64,000 nucleotides of DNA from NCBI GenBank assembly GCA_963832745.1, contig CAWHVC010000002.1, forward strand, positions 352,001 to 416,000, written 5' to 3'. This document shows positions 59,927 through 64,000 of this stretch, in pieces; the first letter of the stretch is position 1; every line of letters starts with the position of its first letter. Source of the DNA: Candidatus Bathyarchaeota archaeon. GTDB taxonomy: Archaea; Thermoproteota; Bathyarchaeia; Bathyarchaeales; Bathycorpusculaceae. The notes beneath the pieces were generated by a model. It was not told the DNA's origin, did not search any database, and saw only the letters and a program-made list of their open reading frames with translations. Position numbers and translations under genes: made by a program.

Positions 59927-61210
59927 TTAAGGTTTTACTTCCTCTGGCGCCTTGTATTCAGGCAACGTGTAGCTTCCTTGTGACATAGTCCAAACTCTTG
60001 AAGCTGAACCCGACAGTTTAAATGCTTCAGTTAACGCGTCATTTACTGCTCTTGCCGTTTTTAGTTTAAACACGTTAGACGCATAATAATCCGGCAGCGA
60101 AGACACCAAAATTACCGGGTGATTTTGAAGCACTTTAAGCAAGTAGTACGCTTTGTGTCCTCCCATGGCAAAGTTACGTTTAATCTCCTTTTCAGTGCTC
60201 TTCAAATCAGTTAGCCGTGTCATCCAGTCATAAAACACTTGGTTGCCATGACCTTCAGGGCACTCCGCAACAAGAATGATTACGCCTCCCCTTTTAACCG
60301 CGTCTAAAGCGTTATCAATTGCTTTGTAAGCTTGATACAGGTTCACGTCTGCTGGGTGTCCACCAGCGCTGGCTACAACAATGTCTGCTCGGCGGTCAAC
60401 TTTAACTTTATACATTTCATCCACGAGTTTAACCGCTTCCAAAAACGCCTGCTCTAAATCTCCTGCGAACGCTTTTACCATTGCGCCTTTGCTGTTTTCA
60501 ACAATGTTTACGATAAAGTCAACTTTTGCCATTCGTGCCGCTTCAGTCATGTCTTCATGAACTGGGTTGCCTTCAAGAACGCCTGTTTTAGCGTTACTGT
60601 TAAGCATCATGGCGTGGTTATGCTGAATTGTTTCTACACCGCTGACTCCGGGTAAAACGCTTTTTCTTCCTCCACCGTAGCCTGCGTAGTAATGCAGGTT
60701 TACGTCGCCCAACAGTATTTTTACGTCTGCTTCAGCAAAAATGCGGTTAAGGTACACTTTGTTTCCGTGTGATTTGGTGGTGCCGATATTAACGAGGTCT
60801 GCCGCTTTGGCGTCATGATTTGTTGCTTTCACACGTTTTAGGACCTCTTCACCTAGAAGCATGGTGAACTCTTCAGGTTTAACTGCTCTATGGGTGCCGC
60901 AGCCAAAAATTACCGTTACATTTTCATCTTTTACGCCAGCAGCATTCAATTCTGCAAGAACAGGCAATATCATGATTTCGTTGGGATTTTTTCGTGTTGC
61001 ATCGTCAACAATGATGGCGACTTTACTTTCTGGTTTAGCGATTTCGCTTAACCGTTTTGTTCCTATGGGTTCATGAATGGCGCGTTCGATTTCTGCTTTA
61101 GGGTCTGGTACGCCAGGTTTTTGGGTTGGGTCAATTGAGCCGAGCAGGTTTCGGGCTGGGACTCGAACGCAAACATCTGTTTTTCCGTAGGGAAGCCAAA
61201 CATCCACCAT
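59927..61210 (-). CDS. larA: Nickel-pincer-dependent lactate racemase family protein
   Basis: DDATR, GTHR, HYYAGYGGGRKS.LPG, NPVHEDM, NLYQAYK. Confidence 0.9.
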   Translation of the reverse strand: MVDVWLPYGKTDVCVRVPARNLLGSIDPTQKPGVPDPKAEIERAIHEPIGTKRLSEIAKPESKVAIIVDDATRKNPNEIMILPVLAELNAAGVKDENVTVIFGCGTHRAVKPEEFTMLLGEEVLKRVKATNHDAKAADLVNIGTTKSHGNKVYLNRIFAEADVKILLGDVNLHYYAGYGGGRKSVLPGVSGVETIQHNHAMMLNSNAKTGVLEGNPVHEDMTEAARMAKVDFIVNIVENSKGAMVKAFAGDLEQAFLEAVKLVDEMYKVKVDRRADIVVASAGGHPADVNLYQAYKAIDNALDAVKRGGVIILVAECPEGHGNQVFYDWMTRLTDLKSTEKEIKRNFAMGGHKAYYLLKVLQNHPVILVSSLPDYYASNVFKLKTARAVNDALTEAFKLSGSASRVWTMSQGSYTLPEYKAPEEVKP

Positions 61211-61485
61211 GGGTAATCACGTACTGGTTTATGTTACAATGTTGACGGCGGTACAGCTATTAAGCCTTATCAAAAGCAAGATCCGTAAAAGGGTAAATTA
61301 AAAAATTGGAAACTTTTGGTTAAGGTTGAACGCTTGATTTGGGTTAGTTCTTTTATAGGATAGAAGCGCTAAAACTAAGTAATCGCTTGTCAAAATTACA
61401 AATCTCGCACCTATTTTACGCTAATTTGGTAACTATAAGCTTAATAATCGTGTAATTACTCACTATTTATTGGAGTGAGCGTTTT

Positions 61486-61752
61486 TTGTCAGTTAACAAA
61501 AGAAGACTAATCCGCAAATGCCTTCTTGTACTAGCTGTCCTCACATCGGTAACAGTAGAACTGGCAATACTGTTAACGTTCCTAAACATGTACCGCTTAA
61601 TCGCAATAGAGCTGTACTGGACAGGGCTAATCGTGTTGCTTGCTGCATTTTTTGTTTCCATCCACATTCTGCAGACGGTTGCTGAAGTCAAATGCGAACG
61701 ATATGATAACCAATTAAAAACGTCAACAACAATTAGTTCAGAAAGCCCTTAG
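61486..61752 (+). CDS. Small two-TM membrane protein
   Basis: GGAGTGA upstream, two hydrophobic helices. Confidence 0.55.
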   Translation: MSVNKRRLIRKCLLVLAVLTSVTVELAILLTFLNMYRLIAIELYWTGLIVLLAAFFVSIHILQTVAEVKCERYDNQLKTSTTISSESP

Positions 61753-61889
61753 GGGACCGGTGCTATTGGCGTTTTTCCAAACCAAAAACATGTTGAAGCC
61801 AACAGTATTGCTGAGCGTAAAGCTGGTAATGGGCAATTGCTTTTAAAAACCACCTGTACTTATATAGCCATTGAGGAATCAAGAACTTT

Positions 61890-62582
61890 ATGTCAATACA
61901 GAAAATTCCAGAAAAAAACGCCATCCTCTTCGTGTGGTTCAACCAATACTCTGGTATACTGCTAAAAACGCCAACCAAGACTTTTGCCATTGATCCAGTT
62001 GACGTCAAGCCGAAATACCTGCAAAACGTTGACGCCATCCTGCTAACGCATGAACATTACGATCATCTTGACTCAAATCTCGTCAAAGAGGTTCAAAAAG
62101 CCACAGACTGCGCAGTCATCGCTGATCCAGCATCCGCTTTCCGTTTAAAACCCCACATTCCAATTGATAAACTTCAAGTAATCCGCATCGGCGAAGAAAT
62201 CAAAGTCGGTGAAGTCTCAATCAAAGCAGCCAAATGCAATCACAACGCAAGATACCCAAACACTTACATAATAACAAGTGAAGACGGCGTAAAAATTTAT
62301 CACACCGCCGATAGCCTGCCGTTCCCAGAGTTGGCTAAAATGGGGCTTGACGAAAAGTTTGACTTGGTTTTCTGCAGTGTCGGCATCACTGTTGGCGCCT
62401 CACCTGAAAGTGGTTTCGAAATTGCCCGTTTAACAAAACCGCCACTAGTTGTACCGTATCATACTAATTTGCCTGCTAACCAGAAAGCTTTCCAGCAACT
62501 CATAAAGAAGGAGCTGCGCAGGACTGCATGCTTGGTTCCTGAAATAAACAAAATATATCAGGTTTCAAAAAAAGGAAAGTGA
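61890..62582 (+). CDS. MBL-fold metallo-hydrolase
   Basis: IDP, THEHYDH, YHTADS, VPYH. Confidence 0.9.
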   Translation: MSIQKIPEKNAILFVWFNQYSGILLKTPTKTFAIDPVDVKPKYLQNVDAILLTHEHYDHLDSNLVKEVQKATDCAVIADPASAFRLKPHIPIDKLQVIRIGEEIKVGEVSIKAAKCNHNARYPNTYIITSEDGVKIYHTADSLPFPELAKMGLDEKFDLVFCSVGITVGASPESGFEIARLTKPPLVVPYHTNLPANQKAFQQLIKKELRRTACLVPEINKIYQVSKKGK

Positions 62583-62586
62583 CAAT

Positions 62587-63210
62587 TTGCAAAAAAGTTT
62601 TGAAGAAAAACAAAATATTATGGCAAACATTCTCTTCAAAATTGACGCCATCAAATTCGGTGTCTTTAAACTCTCAACAGGAAAAGCAAGCCCCTACTAT
62701 ATTGACTTAAAAGTTATACCAAGCTTTCCCGACGCATTTAGAGAAATAATAGACTTCTACACAGAAACCATAACCAGCCAGATTGGACTAAAAAATTTTG
62801 ACCGAATAGCCGCCGTACCAATAACCGGAATACCGTTTGCTTCACAAATTGCTTACAACCTCAAAAAACCCTTCCTGTACGTGCGTAAAGGCGTAAAACT
62901 ACAGGGACGAGAACGCCGAGTTGAAGGTGTACTGTTTTCAGGCGACCGAGTACTGCTGATTGATGATTTAGTCACTACAGGCGTCACGTTACGAAAAGCT
63001 GCTGAAGTCATAAAAGCCGAAGGCGGTATAGTAACGCAGGCGGTTGCTTTTTTAGATCGTGAAGAAGGCGGAAAAGAAAAACTCAAAGAAGCCGGCGTTG
63101 AACTGTTGCCTTTGCTAAAAATTAGTGAAATCGCAAACACACTTTACGAGTTAGGCGCCATTGACAAAGAAAGCCTCAAAACTATTAACAAACAAATTAA
63201 AAAGAAATAA
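62587..63210 (+). CDS. pyrE: Orotate phosphoribosyltransferase
   Basis: KFGVFKLSTG..SPYYIDL, LIDDLVTTG PRPP site. Confidence 0.93.
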   Translation: MQKSFEEKQNIMANILFKIDAIKFGVFKLSTGKASPYYIDLKVIPSFPDAFREIIDFYTETITSQIGLKNFDRIAAVPITGIPFASQIAYNLKKPFLYVRKGVKLQGRERRVEGVLFSGDRVLLIDDLVTTGVTLRKAAEVIKAEGGIVTQAVAFLDREEGGKEKLKEAGVELLPLLKISEIANTLYELGAIDKESLKTINKQIKKK

Positions 63211-63219
63211 CTTTTCTTT

Positions 63220-63780
63220 TTACTCGTAATAGATTAGACTTGTTTCTTCAAGCAACACATGCAGTTTATCCACTGCAATAAAAACGTCTTCTTCTTTCTT
63301 GGCGCCAGTGCAAACCAGTTTTCCGCTTGCGAACAGCAAAATAACCACTTTGGGATCTACCATGCGGTAAATTAAGCCGGGAAACTGTTCCGGTTCATAC
63401 ATTGTATGTTCCAACGTGTAAGCCGCTTTTTCAAGATCCGCCATGCCGCCTAAAATTCCTGAAGCAACAATATTTTGAATTTTAAGTTCAGGTTTACTGA
63501 TAATTATTATTCCGCTTTTTTTTAGTTCCTTTATTACTTTTATAACTGCGCGGCGAGCTTCTTTTTCAGATTTGGCGCCCGTGCACACCATTTTTCCGGA
63601 TCCAAAAATCAATGTGGTTGTTTTTGGTCGTTTTAAACGGAAAACTAGGCCGGGAAATTCTTCGGGACGGTACTCAACGCCTGGGTAACCTTTAACAACC
63701 GAGTTAAGGTCAACTTTCTGGTTTAACGTTGCAGATGCTACAACATTTTCTATGCTTACGGTTGCTTTGACTTTTGGCAT
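63220..63780 (-). CDS. tbp: TATA-box-binding protein
   Basis: Two repeats: NVVAS...YRPEEFPGL and NIVAS...YEPEQFPGL. Confidence 0.98.
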   Translation of the reverse strand: MPKVKATVSIENVVASATLNQKVDLNSVVKGYPGVEYRPEEFPGLVFRLKRPKTTTLIFGSGKMVCTGAKSEKEARRAVIKVIKELKKSGIIIISKPELKIQNIVASGILGGMADLEKAAYTLEHTMYEPEQFPGLIYRMVDPKVVILLFASGKLVCTGAKKEEDVFIAVDKLHVLLEETSLIYYE

Positions 63781-63844
63781 TTTTTCCCTCCTCTGTTTAG
63801 CGGCTCGATGTTCCTTCTATGAAATGTAAACTTTATAAATACAT

Positions 63845-64000
63845 CTATGAACGCTGTCGAGTTGTTTTCTGTTGAACGAATTTTTTCTTAACCACCGGTA
63901 GCACAAACTCTACAATAATAAGCAGCAAAATAACCGCAATCACCAAGGGTAAGCCATACGGGTTACGACGAAGAAACAACGTAGCGAGTCCCACCCAGGG
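63845..64000 (-). CDS. 3' end of a membrane protein, probably signal peptidase I
   Basis: PWVGLATLFL...LPLVIAVILLLIIVEF..KKK; P(W/Y).G plus TM is typical of the Sec11-type C-terminus. Confidence 0.55.
   Translation of the reverse strand, partial: PWVGLATLFLRRNPYGLPLVIAVILLLIIVEFVLPVVKKKFVQQKTTRQRS

Overview
Archaeal chromosomal window with no rRNA, tRNA or CRISPR array recognised. TBP, Lsm-rpl37e, rpl14e-cbf5, thermosome, PurP, PpcA, NucS, an HdrA-MvhD fusion and an EF-2 paralog point to a TACK archaeon, most likely Bathyarchaeia (inference). Most of it is housekeeping, metabolic and membrane genes. The main unexplained structure is a family of dispersed ~230-bp intergenic elements: two long copies at 14.4 and 35.8 kb share a 42/46-nt core, and partial copies lie at 7.1 and 37.0 kb. 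Two of these loci sit next to the same divergent gene pair, a wHTH regulator and a PD-(D/E)XK-like protein. Other notable points are a CdrS-like RHH followed by a short ORF where ftsZ is expected, a polyferredoxin that seems to start at ACG, an EF-2 paralog without the diphthamide His, a G+T/A+C strand skew that flips at intergenic regions, and a cluster of single-base indels at 35-40 kb that are probably assembly errors.
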